A stretch of DNA of 64,000 nt. Source: an uncultured Chloroflexia bacterium (GTDB lineage: Bacteria; Chloroflexota; Limnocylindria; Limnocylindrales; CSP1-4). The notes under the pieces were generated by a model that saw nothing but the letters and a program-made list of their open reading frames with translations, was not told the origin of the DNA and did no database searches. Shown here in pieces: positions 49,584 through 60,600 of the stretch. The stretch is from positions 832,001 through 896,000 of the forward strand of contig CAWEZH010000002.1 of assembly GCA_963813535.1 (NCBI GenBank). Direction: 5' to 3'. How positions within the stretch are numbered: position 1 is the stretch's first letter; each line of letters starts with the position of its first letter. The position numbers were made by a program, and so were the translations under genes.

Positions 49584-50578
49584 GGATCGCTCTGCTCGGT
49601 GCCGGCCGGATCGGGCGGCTCCATGCCCGCCTGTTGAAGGCGACGCCCGGCGTCGACGGCGTCGTCGTCGGCGACGTCGATGCGGACCGCGCCCTCGACG
49701 TTGCAAAGACCGTCGGGATCGAGTCGGCGCCCACCATCGACGCGGCCCTGGACGGCGCTGGCGCCGTGGTCATCGCAGCCGCGACGACGGCGCATCCGGA
49801 GCTCATCCGCGAGTCGATCGGCCGGGGACTGCCGACGTTCTGCGAGAAGCCGCTCGCCGCCACCCTCGACGACACCATCGCACTCGCGGCCGATATCGAC
49901 CGCTCCGGGATCCCGTTCCAGCTCGGCTTCCAGCGGCGTTTCGATCCTGCCTACCGGGAGGTCCACCGGCTCATCCGGAACGGGTCGCTCGGCACGCTCT
50001 ACGCCATCCGCCTGGCCGGCCACGACCCGGCTCCGGCGCACGAGGCGTACATCGCCCAATCGGGTGGCCTGTTCCGGGACTTCTCGATCCACGACTTCGA
50101 CATCCTGCGCTGGATGACCGGCTGCGAGGTCGAGGAGGTCTACGCCGACGGCGGCGTCCGGGGGTTCCCGGTCTTCGAGAAATACGGCGATGTCGATACC
50201 GCGGTCGTCACTCTCCGCCTCACCGACGGACCGTTCACCGTGATGACCGTCGCTCGCCATGATCCGCTCGGCTACGACATCCGCGCCGAGATCTTCGGCT
50301 CGGGCGACAGCGTCGCGGTCGGGCTCGGTCCCAGAACGCCCTTGCGCTCGGTCGAACCGGGCGTGCCCCCGCCGGCCGGGCCGGCGTGGAAGGACTTCCT
50401 CGTGCGCTTCGAATCGGCCTACGCGGCCGAGTTCGCGGCCTTCGTCGCGCTCGCCCGCGGCGATGCTCCCAGTCCCTGTACGGCCCGAGACGGTGTCGCG
50501 GCTCTCCGCGTCGCCGAAGCGGCCGATCGCTCGCTCCACGAACACCGACCAGTGCGGCTCGCGGAGATCCCCGGCTGA
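49580..50578 (+). CDS. iolG: Inositol 2-dehydrogenase (Gfo/Idh/MocA)
   Basis: GAGRIG, FCEKP, GFQRRFD, SGGLFRDFSIHDFD, GYDIRAE. Confidence 0.82.
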   Translation: MRIALLGAGRIGRLHARLLKATPGVDGVVVGDVDADRALDVAKTVGIESAPTIDAALDGAGAVVIAAATTAHPELIRESIGRGLPTFCEKPLAATLDDTIALAADIDRSGIPFQLGFQRRFDPAYREVHRLIRNGSLGTLYAIRLAGHDPAPAHEAYIAQSGGLFRDFSIHDFDILRWMTGCEVEEVYADGGVRGFPVFEKYGDVDTAVVTLRLTDGPFTVMTVARHDPLGYDIRAEIFGSGDSVAVGLGPRTPLRSVEPGVPPPAGPAWKDFLVRFESAYAAEFAAFVALARGDAPSPCTARDGVAALRVAEAADRSLHEHRPVRLAEIPG

Positions 50579-50737
50579 GAACGGGTCACGGCCGCCCTCG
50601 GGACGGCCTGACGAAAGGAGGTGTCCATGGCGGCCACGTCGGCCGCGGATCGACAGTCATCCCTCGGCTCCACCCTTCGGGTGGATGACATCTGGACCGT
50701 GGCGCCTGCCGCGGCACATCGGAGGAGAACGAACGGT

Positions 50738-51748
50738 ATGAACCTACGGAAAGTGCTCGTCGGCCTCGCTGGCGCGGCGATCATCGTCGGAGCCTGCTCG
50801 ACCGGGACCCCGACCGGGTCGGGAGCCACGACGGGCAGCGGCCCGGACGGTGCGCTCGTCAAGCGCAGCGACATCAAGATCGAGTATGTGACCCACGGCC
50901 AGGCCCAGGACGGGTTCTGGGGCGTGGTCCGCAACGGCGTCAAGGCCGGCGCGGCCGACATGGGCGTGACGGCGAACTACAGCGCGCCGGGCCAGGAAAG
51001 TGACATGCCCGGCATGGTGTCGCTCATCGATGCCGCCATCGCCAAGAAGCCGACCGGGCTCGTCGTCTCGATCCCCAACCCCGACGCACTCGGGCCTGCC
51101 ATCAAGAAGGCCGTCGACGCCGGGATCCCAGTCGTGTCGATGAACTCCGGGTCGGACGTCTTCAAGGAACTGGGTGTCCTGGCACACGTCGGCCAGACCG
51201 AATACGAGGCTGGCCTCGGGGCCGGTCAGCGGTTCAAGGACGCCGGCGTGAAGAACGCCGTCTGCTTCAACCAGGAGGTCGGCAACCAGGCGCTGACCCT
51301 TCGCTGCAACGGCTTCTTCATGGGCCTGACCGGCTCCGAGGATGGTGAGGTCCTGACGGGCAACATCTCCGACCCGGCCGGCATGCAGGCGACGATCGCG
51401 GCCGCGCTCCAGTCGGACGCGACGATCGACGGTCTCCTCACCCTGGGCCCGTCCGTGGCCAAGCCGGCGCTCGACGCCGTCGCCGCGTCGGGCAAGACCA
51501 TCCATCTCGCCACCTTCGACCTCAGCGCTGACGTGCTGACGGCGATCAAGGACGGGAAGATGGACTTCGCCATCGATCAGCAGCAGTTCCTGCAGGGCTA
51601 CCTGCCGATCGTGATCCTCACGAACTATGCCGAGACCAGGAACCTCCCGACCGGCAACGGCCAGGGCCTGATCATGACCGGCCCCGGGTTCGTGACCAAG
51701 GAGTCCGCAGCGGACGTCATCGCGCTCGCCGCGAAGGGCCTTCGCTAG
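50738..51748 (+). CDS. Sugar/inositol ABC substrate-binding lipoprotein
   Basis: IVGAC lipobox, [24 protein letters not shown]. Confidence 0.9.
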   Translation: MNLRKVLVGLAGAAIIVGACSTGTPTGSGATTGSGPDGALVKRSDIKIEYVTHGQAQDGFWGVVRNGVKAGAADMGVTANYSAPGQESDMPGMVSLIDAAIAKKPTGLVVSIPNPDALGPAIKKAVDAGIPVVSMNSGSDVFKELGVLAHVGQTEYEAGLGAGQRFKDAGVKNAVCFNQEVGNQALTLRCNGFFMGLTGSEDGEVLTGNISDPAGMQATIAAALQSDATIDGLLTLGPSVAKPALDAVAASGKTIHLATFDLSADVLTAIKDGKMDFAIDQQQFLQGYLPIVILTNYAETRNLPTGNGQGLIMTGPGFVTKESAADVIALAAKGLR

Positions 51749-51760
51749 CACCACGCTCGC

Positions 51761-51779
51761 GCGCCGGCTCCGCCGGCGC
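51761..51779. other. GC hairpin after the SBP gene (mRNA stabiliser or partial terminator)
   Basis: GCGCCGGC-tcc-GCCGGCGC. Confidence 0.4.
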
Positions 51780-51831
51780 TTGGGAGGGACCGGCGTCTGC
51801 CGGTCCCTCACCACCACATCGGAGGAGACGG

Positions 51832-52914
51832 ATGGCGAGCACGACGACCGCGGCTCCAGCCGCACCCGGATCGGACCGACTCCGGCAGCTCTCCCTGGCC
51901 CAGCGCCTCCTGTCACGTCCCGCCACCGGGGCGCTGATCATCGTGGTGTTCGTCTGGGTCGTGTTCGCGGCGATCACGCTCGCGCGGGGAAGCACGGCCT
52001 TCATCAGCCTCGCCGGTACGCTCAACTACCTGGACGTGGCGGCCCAGGTGGGCATCATCGCCACGGCCGTCGCCCTGCTGATGATCGCGGGGGAGTTCGA
52101 CCTGTCGATCGGCTCGATGGTCGGGTTCGCCGGGATCATCATGGGCATCGGCGTCACCATCTGGCATCTGCCGGTCTGGCTCTCGATCCTGATGGCGATG
52201 GCGCTCGCGACGGTCTTCGGCGCCGTCAACGGGATCATCGTGGTGCGGACCGGTCTGCCCTCGTTCATCGTGACGCTGGCCACGTTGTTCATCATCCGGG
52301 GCGCGTCGTCAGTGCTCACCTCGATCGTGAGCCCGATCACTTACATCCCGATCGACCCCGTGCTGATCGCCAGCGACCCGCTGGCGTCGATCTTCGCGTG
52401 GAACTTCCCGATCCGGCTCGAGGATGGGGCGACGACCAGCATCCAGGTGTCGATCATCTTCTGGATCCTCATCGCGGTCGTCGGCATCTACGTGCTCGGC
52501 CGGACACGGTTCGGCAACTGGATCGCCGGCGTCGGCGGATCCGGAGCTGCGGCCCGCAACCTCGGCGTGCCCGTCGCGCGGGTCAAGATCGCGCTGTTCG
52601 CCCTGACCGGCCTCTCGGCAGCGATCCTCGCCGCCATACAAACGACGCGCTTCACATCGGCCGACATCCTGCGCGGCACCGGCTACGAGCTCGACGCGAT
52701 CACGACGGCGGTCATCGGCGGCTCGCTCCTGACCGGTGGGTATGGGTCCGTCGCCGGCACGGCACTCGGAGCCCTGGCCCTCGGCATGGCGCGCCAGGGC
52801 ATCGTCTTCGCTGACATCAACGCCGACTGGTACAAGATCGCGATCGGCACGCTGCTGCTCATCGCGGTCGTCCTCAACAACTGGATCCGGCGCAAGTTCG
52901 CCGGCCTGACGTAG
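51832..52914 (+). CDS. Sugar ABC permease
   Basis: [25 protein letters not shown]. Confidence 0.93.
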   Translation: MASTTTAAPAAPGSDRLRQLSLAQRLLSRPATGALIIVVFVWVVFAAITLARGSTAFISLAGTLNYLDVAAQVGIIATAVALLMIAGEFDLSIGSMVGFAGIIMGIGVTIWHLPVWLSILMAMALATVFGAVNGIIVVRTGLPSFIVTLATLFIIRGASSVLTSIVSPITYIPIDPVLIASDPLASIFAWNFPIRLEDGATTSIQVSIIFWILIAVVGIYVLGRTRFGNWIAGVGGSGAAARNLGVPVARVKIALFALTGLSAAILAAIQTTRFTSADILRGTGYELDAITTAVIGGSLLTGGYGSVAGTALGALALGMARQGIVFADINADWYKIAIGTLLLIAVVLNNWIRRKFAGLT

Positions 52915-52927
52915 GAGGGCCGACCCC

Positions 52928-53842
<915 letters not shown>

Positions 53843-53894
53843 CGAGCGATCCGAGCGCCGGAGCCGTCCGGCATCGGAACGAAGGACCATAGCG

Positions 53895-54893
53895 ATGACG
53901 GCAACGATCGCCGATGTCGCAGCGAAGGCCGGGGTGTCGACGGCCACGGTCAGTCGCGTCCTGGCCGGTCTCGGCCACGCGCGACCGGAGACGCGGGCGC
54001 GCGTCCTCGAGGCCGCTCGCGATCTCGATTACCGGCCGTCGGAGGTCGCCCGCTCGCTCAAGCGTCGTTCGACGCAGACGCTCGGGCTGATCATCACGGA
54101 CATCGAGAACCCGTATTTCCCGCAGCTCGTGCGGTCGGTCGAGGACGCCGCACGAGCCGCCGGCTATTCGGTCCTGCTGTGTAACGCCGCGGACGACCCC
54201 GAGCGAGAGGCGTCGTACCTCGACCTGCTGGTCGACCGGCGCGTGGACGGCCTGGTCATCGCCGCGAGCAGCCTCGGCGTCCGTCAGGGCGACTGGCTCA
54301 CCGCCCCACCGATCCCGGTCGTGCTCGTGAACACGGCCGCCCCCGAGTCCGGACTGCCGACGATCATGTCGGACAACGAGCAAGGCGGCCGCATCGCCGC
54401 CGACCACCTGCTGGGTCGCGGGCACCGGCTGTTCGGCTACCTCATGCCGCCGCCACGGAACGTCGACGCACCCGATCGTCTCGCCGGTGTGCGCAGCGCT
54501 CTGGCCGACGCCGGCTGTCCGGGGGATGCCCTGACGATCACCCATGGTGAGGCGCTGGTCGGGGGCGGTGAGGCAGCGACCGAGGAGCTGCTCGACCTGG
54601 CACCGGGCACGACGGCGATCGTGGCCTACAACGACCTGATGGCGATCGGCGCGATCAGGGCGCTTCGACGGCGTGGCCGACGGGTGCCCGTCGATACGAG
54701 CGTGGTCGGCTTCGACGACGTGCCCCTCGCCACGTACGTCGATCCGGCGCTGACCACGATCTCGCAACGCACGGACGAGATGGGCCGCTGGGCCGTGGAA
54801 CGCCTCATCGGTGAGAACGGCGTCGGGCCATCGTCGGTGCGGCTGCCGGTCGATCTCCAGGTCCGCGACTCGACGGGACCAGTGCCCGGCTGA
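53895..54893 (+). CDS. LacI family transcriptional regulator
   Basis: TIADVAAKAGVSTATVSRVL, NDLMAIG, VGFDD, LTTI. Confidence 0.95.
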   Translation: MTATIADVAAKAGVSTATVSRVLAGLGHARPETRARVLEAARDLDYRPSEVARSLKRRSTQTLGLIITDIENPYFPQLVRSVEDAARAAGYSVLLCNAADDPEREASYLDLLVDRRVDGLVIAASSLGVRQGDWLTAPPIPVVLVNTAAPESGLPTIMSDNEQGGRIAADHLLGRGHRLFGYLMPPPRNVDAPDRLAGVRSALADAGCPGDALTITHGEALVGGGEAATEELLDLAPGTTAIVAYNDLMAIGAIRALRRRGRRVPVDTSVVGFDDVPLATYVDPALTTISQRTDEMGRWAVERLIGENGVGPSSVRLPVDLQVRDSTGPVPG

Positions 54894-54899
54894 AGGCCA

Positions 54900-55868
54900 C
54901 TACTGGCGCCTGTCCTCCACGCCGACCTGGGCGGTCAGGCTGGGCACGACCGCGCGGCGGACCCGTTCGCGCGCTCGCCGGACGAGCACCGACGTGCGGT
55001 CCGGGACACCGGCCAGGCCGACGTCCTCGACCGCGAGCGATCCGGCAGCAGCGGCGAAGCGCAGGGCTCGGGCCGGCGATGTGCCCGGCGAAGCGGCGAC
55101 TCTCGGCCGCACGAACACGGCGAGCAACGCGGCCAGGAACGTGTCCCCTGCCCCGGTCGGATCGACCTCGCCTTCGGTCGGGGTCGGCAGATAGCGGAGC
55201 ACCTCGACCGGACCGTCATCGCCGGTCGTGACGAGCAAGCCACCGTGACCACCCTGTGTGACCAGCAGGCGCGCACCGGGATGGAGGAACCGCGAGAGGT
55301 CGCCGAGCGACGTGTCCCGCGCCACGTCGAGGTGGCTGAGACCGACGAGGTCGGCGCGGCGGAGGATAGCCCGATCGCTCGGCGCCACCCGCTCGACATG
55401 GGCGCCGGCAACGAGCCGGCGAAGCATGCCCTGCCACGCGACGGCGACGATCGCGTCGGGTCCGATCGCCTCGACCCAGTCGTCGTGCACCTCGTCGGCG
55501 ACCGGCACCAGCGACCACGACCGACTGGCCAGCCACGACGACGGCAGCGACACCGGCCGGACCGGCACGCCGACCGCCATGGACGTCTGACGTCGACCCT
55601 GCGGCGTCTCCTGGTTGTGGAAGATCGGCCCCTCGGGCAGGTCGACCGCGAGCACGTCGACGCCGGCATCGCGCATCTCATCGAGCTCGTGAGCGGTCGA
55701 CGCCTCGCGGTCGACACCGACCACCGCTGCCGTCCGGAGACCGAGCCGGGCGGTGGTCAACGCCGCGTACGTCACGCCGCCGCCCAGACGCCAGCCGCGC
55801 GGATCATCCGGCGCGATATCGCGCGCGGCCGACCCGACATGGACGACCTCGACGTGCGGTGACGGCAT
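54900..55868 (-). CDS. PfkB family carbohydrate kinase
   Basis: GGGVTYAA, TQGGHG, DPTGAGDTF. Confidence 0.88.
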   Translation of the reverse strand: MPSPHVEVVHVGSAARDIAPDDPRGWRLGGGVTYAALTTARLGLRTAAVVGVDREASTAHELDEMRDAGVDVLAVDLPEGPIFHNQETPQGRRQTSMAVGVPVRPVSLPSSWLASRSWSLVPVADEVHDDWVEAIGPDAIVAVAWQGMLRRLVAGAHVERVAPSDRAILRRADLVGLSHLDVARDTSLGDLSRFLHPGARLLVTQGGHGGLLVTTGDDGPVEVLRYLPTPTEGEVDPTGAGDTFLAALLAVFVRPRVAASPGTSPARALRFAAAAGSLAVEDVGLAGVPDRTSVLVRRARERVRRAVVPSLTAQVGVEDRRQ

Positions 55869-55965
55869 CGGACCTCCCTCGTGCTCGAGCGGGCGCCTGA
55901 GCTCAGGGCCACCGAGCGGTGCGGCGTATACTGCCGCACCCGAACGCAACGATGAGGCTGCCCAC

Positions 55966-56352
55966 GTGTTCTTCTACGAGCTCCACGAAGGCGACGACGA
56001 GGTCTATTCGGACGTCCTCGTGGTCAGCGAGTCGGAGTGGGAGCCGCAGGAGTTCTTCGACCTCGTGCAGCGCATCCGGCACGACGTCCAGGACGGCTAT
56101 GAGCAGGAGAGCCTGATCGAAGCCATCGCCACGGTCCTCGAGCGTGACTACGGGTTCATCTTCGTCAGCGACGATCGGCTCGGCGCCGCGGTCAACGTCT
56201 CGAAGCAGGAAGACGACAACTTCCTCGCCGAGCTCGAGACCGACGAAGACGATGACGACGATGACGACGACGAGATCGACGAGGGCAAGCCACGGGGTGA
56301 CTTCCGCACGGTCCTCGCCGACTTCGACCCCGACCTCGGGCCGTTGAACTGA
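55966..56352 (+). CDS. Small, highly acidic hypothetical protein
   Basis: GTG at 55966; -10 TATACT upstream; strong GC3 codon bias. Confidence 0.7.
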   Translation: MFFYELHEGDDEVYSDVLVVSESEWEPQEFFDLVQRIRHDVQDGYEQESLIEAIATVLERDYGFIFVSDDRLGAAVNVSKQEDDNFLAELETDEDDDDDDDDEIDEGKPRGDFRTVLADFDPDLGPLN

Positions 56353-56355
56353 GCC

Positions 56356-57459
56356 TCAGCGGCTGAAGAGGATCTCCACCACGTCGCCGTCCTTCACCCG
56401 GTAGGTCTTCCCCTCCGAGCGAAGGCGGCCGGCCTTCCTGGCCTCGGCCAGTGACCCGAGCGTCACGAGGTCGTCGTATGCCACGGTCTCCGCCCGGATG
56501 AAGCCCTTGGCCAGGTCGGTGTGGATCGTTCCAGCGGCGTCGACCGCGGTGGAGCCGTCGGGGATCGGCCAGGCACGGACCTCGTCGGGTCCGGCGGTCA
56601 GGAACGACACGAGGCCGAGCAGGCGATACGACAGGGCGATGACCCGGTCCAGGCCGGACTCGCTGATCCCGAGCTCCTCCATGAACACCCCGGCCTCGTC
56701 GGGCTCGAGCTCGCCGAGCTCCATCTCGATCTTCGCCGAGAGCGCGTCGACCAGGGCGTGTCGATGCGGGTAGCCGGTGGTGATGCGGTCGACGAGCGAC
56801 GGTGCGGTCGCCAGGTCGCTCTCTCCGATGTTGAGCAGCACCAACACCGGCTTCTCGGTGAGGAACCGGAAGCCGCGGATGGCCTTCGACTCGTCCGGAT
56901 CCAGCCCGAGGTCGCGGATCGGCGTGCCCGCCTCGAGGCCCTCGTGGATGCGACGCAGCACGACCTCTTCGCGCTCGGCCGCCTCGCGCTCGGCCTGCGT
57001 GCCGTGGCGACCGCTGCCCTGTAGCCGTTCGAGGCGGCGCTCGGTCATCGCCAGGTCGGCCAGGGTGAACTCCAGGTCGAGCTGCTCGAGGTCGCGCCCC
57101 GGGTCCACGCTGCCGGCCACGTGCGGGTTCGACGGGTCCTCGAACGCGCGGACCACGTGGAGCAACGCATCGGAGTCACGGAGCCGCGCGAGGTGGTCGG
57201 CCGGCAGCTCCTCGGTCCCCACGCGACCCTCGGATGACGCGGGCGGTGCCGGCAGGTCGACGTACGTGACGTCGGCCTGGACGACCTTCTTGGGCTTGAA
57301 GATCTCCGCCAGGCGGTCGAGGCGGTCGTCGGGGACCTTGACGACCCCCACATTGAGGGTGACCCCGCCATAGCCGCCCGTCTCGGCGTGCCCGCGGGTC
57401 AGCGTGTTGAAGACGGTGGTCTTGCCGCTGCCGGCAAGCCCGACGATGGCGATCTGCAT
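56356..57459 (-). CDS. ychF: YchF/Ola1-family ATPase
   Basis: VKVPDDRL, HVVRAF, LTEKP, FLTAG, AGTIHTD..KGFIRAE, EGKTY.VKDGD. Confidence 0.93.
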   Translation of the reverse strand: MQIAIVGLAGSGKTTVFNTLTRGHAETGGYGGVTLNVGVVKVPDDRLDRLAEIFKPKKVVQADVTYVDLPAPPASSEGRVGTEELPADHLARLRDSDALLHVVRAFEDPSNPHVAGSVDPGRDLEQLDLEFTLADLAMTERRLERLQGSGRHGTQAEREAAEREEVVLRRIHEGLEAGTPIRDLGLDPDESKAIRGFRFLTEKPVLVLLNIGESDLATAPSLVDRITTGYPHRHALVDALSAKIEMELGELEPDEAGVFMEELGISESGLDRVIALSYRLLGLVSFLTAGPDEVRAWPIPDGSTAVDAAGTIHTDLAKGFIRAETVAYDDLVTLGSLAEARKAGRLRSEGKTYRVKDGDVVEILFSR

Positions 57460-57460
57460 G

Positions 57461-58516
57461 TCAGTAGCCCGCGGCTGGATCGACGACGTTGAGCAGCGGC
57501 TCGCCTTTCGAGAACCGGCGCAGGTTGTCGCAGAACAGCTCCACGCTGCGGTCCAGGACCCGCCCGCTCGACCACGCCGTGTGCGGTGTGACGATGACGT
57601 TGGGCAGGTCGTAGAACGACGACATCGGCGGCAGCGGCTCGTCGCGGAACGTGTCGAGCACCGCACCCCCCAGCGGACCATCGCGCAACGCTCGGAGCAG
57701 CGCTCGGTCGTCGATCAGACGGCCGCGCGCGACGTTGATGAGCCACGCGCCGGGCTTGACCATCGCGAGCGTCTCGGCGTTGATCATGTCTTCGGTCTCG
57801 GGTGTCAGCGGGGCCGCCAGCACGATGAAATCGGACTCCCCGAGGAGCTCGGCCAGGGTGTCCGGCCCGCCGACACGATCGAGCACCACCTCACCGAACG
57901 AGCCGTCATCCGCGGCTTCCGCCGTCGCATCGGCGCCAGCTGCGCTGTCCGGTCTGCGCCGGACCGCGACGACCCGGCAGCCGAAGGCTGTCGCGAGCGC
58001 CCCGACCGCCCGGCCGATCGAGCCCAGCCCGACGATCCCGACGGTCACGTCGCGCAGCTCGGCGCCCTCGAGCGGCTGCCACGTGCGCTCCCGCTGCAGC
58101 TCGAGCAGCTGTGGCAGTCGACGGCTGACTGCCAGGATCATCATCAGGACGTACTCGGCGATCGGCCGGCTGAACACGCCGCGGGCGTTGGTGACGATCA
58201 GCCCGCGCTCGCGCGACGCCGGCGTGAGCGCGCGTTCCACGCCCGACGTGGCGGAATGGACCCAGGCGAGCCTTGGTGCCCGGGCGAGCAGCCGATCGAA
58301 CGCATCGGAGCTGAGCCAGCCCCGAAGCATGACCTCGACGTCGTCGAGCGGGCCATCGGCCAGCCCTTCCACCGACACGGTCACGAGACGGGCACCGGGT
58401 GCCGCCGCGCGGATCCGCTCCAGATCGCGTGACCGATAGCGTGCGGAGAGGATCGGGCTGAGGGCAACGGCGGTCGGCGCACCGCCGGGACCGCTTCCCG
58501 GACCCGCCGCCGTCAC
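57461..58516 (-). CDS. D-2-hydroxyacid dehydrogenase
   Basis: TNARG, GLGSIG, INVARG, LDTF..EP, TPH. Confidence 0.92.
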   Translation of the reverse strand: MTAAGPGSGPGGAPTAVALSPILSARYRSRDLERIRAAAPGARLVTVSVEGLADGPLDDVEVMLRGWLSSDAFDRLLARAPRLAWVHSATSGVERALTPASRERGLIVTNARGVFSRPIAEYVLMMILAVSRRLPQLLELQRERTWQPLEGAELRDVTVGIVGLGSIGRAVGALATAFGCRVVAVRRRPDSAAGADATAEAADDGSFGEVVLDRVGGPDTLAELLGESDFIVLAAPLTPETEDMINAETLAMVKPGAWLINVARGRLIDDRALLRALRDGPLGGAVLDTFRDEPLPPMSSFYDLPNVIVTPHTAWSSGRVLDRSVELFCDNLRRFSKGEPLLNVVDPAAGY

Positions 58517-59736
58517 GTGGCCCGGCCGGGCGCGGGCAGGGCCGGTACCCCGTCCAGCACCCTGGCGATCCACCGTTCGGGCGCCTCGATCTCACCGTCT
58601 CGCGGGAGGCTCTCGGGCCCAGCCCACAACCTGGTCAGCGCCTCCGGACCGCGTGCCGACGCGACCGCGCGCACGAACGTCTCGCCCTTCTTGTACTGCT
58701 CGAGCTTGAGGTCCATCCCGGTCAGACGGAGCATCGCCCGCTCGAACGGCGTGCGCTTGGCGCGACGCTCGTCGAACTTCGCGCGGATCCGCTCGACATC
58801 GGGGACGAGCTCGTGACCGACCTCGTCCATCACGTAGTCGCTGAAGCCCTCGAGCAGGCTCATGACGGCCTGCGTCTCGCGGAACACGGCCTTCTGCTCC
58901 TCGCCCATCAGCCGCTCGAGCCAATGCTCACCGCCACCCTCGCCGCGCAGCGCGCGACCCAACCCGCGGATGGCCTCGCGACCCATGCCCCGGACGTCAC
59001 GCCCGAACAGGCTTAGCTGTCGCTCGAGGCGGGACGCAAGATACGGACGCAGCCACGGGTGCGCCTCGAACTCGAAGGCATGGGTCGTCTCGTGCAGCGC
59101 GATCCAGGTCCGGAACGAGTCGAGCGGCACACCGAGGCCCCGGGCGGTCTGGCGGATGTTCTCCTCGACGAACAGGAGCCGGCCCGGCGCCGCCTCGGCC
59201 GACAACAGTGCGAGGTCGTACTGACCGAGCACCCGCTGGCCCATGAAGCCCAGGAGCATGCCCAGCTGGCGGGTCGTGATCCAGCGGTTGGCGAGGGCCA
59301 TCGCGGCAACGGTCAGCCCGCCGCCCACCGGCACGACCTGGTCGAGCAGATCGTGCTCGAGCTTGCCGATCAGCGACGCGAACGACGCGGTATTGGCACG
59401 GACCCATCCGGCCCGATCGACGACGCCCGAACGCTCGACGACGCCCGGGAGCTGCGTCCCGAGCGCCGCCGACAGGGCCGGCACGATGCGGGCCATCGCG
59501 TCGGCATAGTCCGTCTCCGTGCGGCGCAGCTCGTCCGGGCTCAGGGCGCCGGGCGCCCGCTCGAGCCGACCGATGGCCAGCCGCTCGACGGTCGCCCAGT
59601 CGACGAGCCCCTCGCGCGCGCGTCGCTCCATCTGGCGTCCGACGACCGTGGCCGCAGCCCCGAGCGCCGAGCCGATGAGGAGCCCGGCCTGCCACGCCCG
59701 GTCGTCGCGCCATGAGGTCGACGGTCGCTTGGTCAT
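58513..59736 (-). CDS. Zincin-like metalloprotease (DUF2342 type)
   Basis: VLGQYD, LHETTH, MSLLEG..DYVMD, KLEQY. Confidence 0.88.
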   Translation of the reverse strand: MTKRPSTSWRDDRAWQAGLLIGSALGAAATVVGRQMERRAREGLVDWATVERLAIGRLERAPGALSPDELRRTETDYADAMARIVPALSAALGTQLPGVVERSGVVDRAGWVRANTASFASLIGKLEHDLLDQVVPVGGGLTVAAMALANRWITTRQLGMLLGFMGQRVLGQYDLALLSAEAAPGRLLFVEENIRQTARGLGVPLDSFRTWIALHETTHAFEFEAHPWLRPYLASRLERQLSLFGRDVRGMGREAIRGLGRALRGEGGGEHWLERLMGEEQKAVFRETQAVMSLLEGFSDYVMDEVGHELVPDVERIRAKFDERRAKRTPFERAMLRLTGMDLKLEQYKKGETFVRAVASARGPEALTRLWAGPESLPRDGEIEAPERWIARVLDGVPALPAPGRAT

Positions 59737-60593
59737 CGCGCGAGCGCCCCGAGCTCGACTGCCTCGACCGATACGAAGTCCGGCCCGAACAGGCGCCCCG
59801 CGAGCGCTTCGAAGTGCGCTGGATCGCCCGTCGTCAGCTGCGCGTGGACCGGTGAACCCCCGACCGGTGCATCCAATCCGTTGACGCTCAGCAGCTCCGA
59901 GAGCGCCGACGCCGTCGCCGTCGCGGAGTCGACGATCGCGACGCCCTCTCCGACCACGCCGGCGATGACCGGGCCGAGGAGCGGGTAGTGGGTGCAGCCG
60001 AGGAGGAGCGTGTCGATCGTGGCGCCCGGGGGCCGCGGGAAGATCGACTCGCCGTCGCCGTCCCGCTCACCCACCAGTGGGGTCAGGGCTTCGGCCACCG
60101 TCCGCTCCGCGACCTCGCCGCTGAGCGTCCCCGCCTCGACCATCGGCACGAGTGCCGGGGTGGCGTGCTCGTAGACCTCGACGGCCGGGTTCTCGTCCTT
60201 GATCGCGTTGAAGTAGGCATGCGAGCGGATCGTCGCCGGCGTGGCGATCACCCCGACTCGACGGTTGCGCGTCGCCAGCGCCGCCGCCGCCGCACCCGGA
60301 CGGATCACGCCCAGCACGGGCAGGGCGTAGCGTCGCCGAAAGGCCGCCAGACCGACAGCGGTGGAGGTGTTGCAGGCGACGACCAGCGCCTTGACGTCGC
60401 GCTCGACCAGCGCGTCCAACGACTGGGTCGAGAACGCGAGGACCTCATCGTCGGTCCGTGTGCCGTACGGCGCCCGGTCGTTGTCGCCCAGGTAGACAGT
60501 CGGTTCCGACGGAGAGCGACGGATGATCTCGCGCAGGACGGTCAGGCCGCCGACTCCGGAGTCGAACACACCGATCGCTCGTGCGTCGGTCAC
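59733..60593 (-). CDS. murI: Glutamate racemase
   Basis: GVFDSGVGGL, PYG, ACNT, LGCTHY. Confidence 0.96.
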   Translation of the reverse strand: MTDARAIGVFDSGVGGLTVLREIIRRSPSEPTVYLGDNDRAPYGTRTDDEVLAFSTQSLDALVERDVKALVVACNTSTAVGLAAFRRRYALPVLGVIRPGAAAAALATRNRRVGVIATPATIRSHAYFNAIKDENPAVEVYEHATPALVPMVEAGTLSGEVAERTVAEALTPLVGERDGDGESIFPRPPGATIDTLLLGCTHYPLLGPVIAGVVGEGVAIVDSATATASALSELLSVNGLDAPVGGSPVHAQLTTGDPAHFEALAGRLFGPDFVSVEAVELGALAR

Positions 60594-60600
60594 GGCGCTC

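Noticed and set aside
50605-50625. CTGACGA/GAAA as a hammerhead ribozyme core
   Set aside because: The two elements overlap, with no stem II or other required helices.
54900-55868. PfkB kinase as iolC
   Set aside because: Convergent with the cluster, outside both putative LacI regulons and without recognisable IolC-specific features; not fully excluded.
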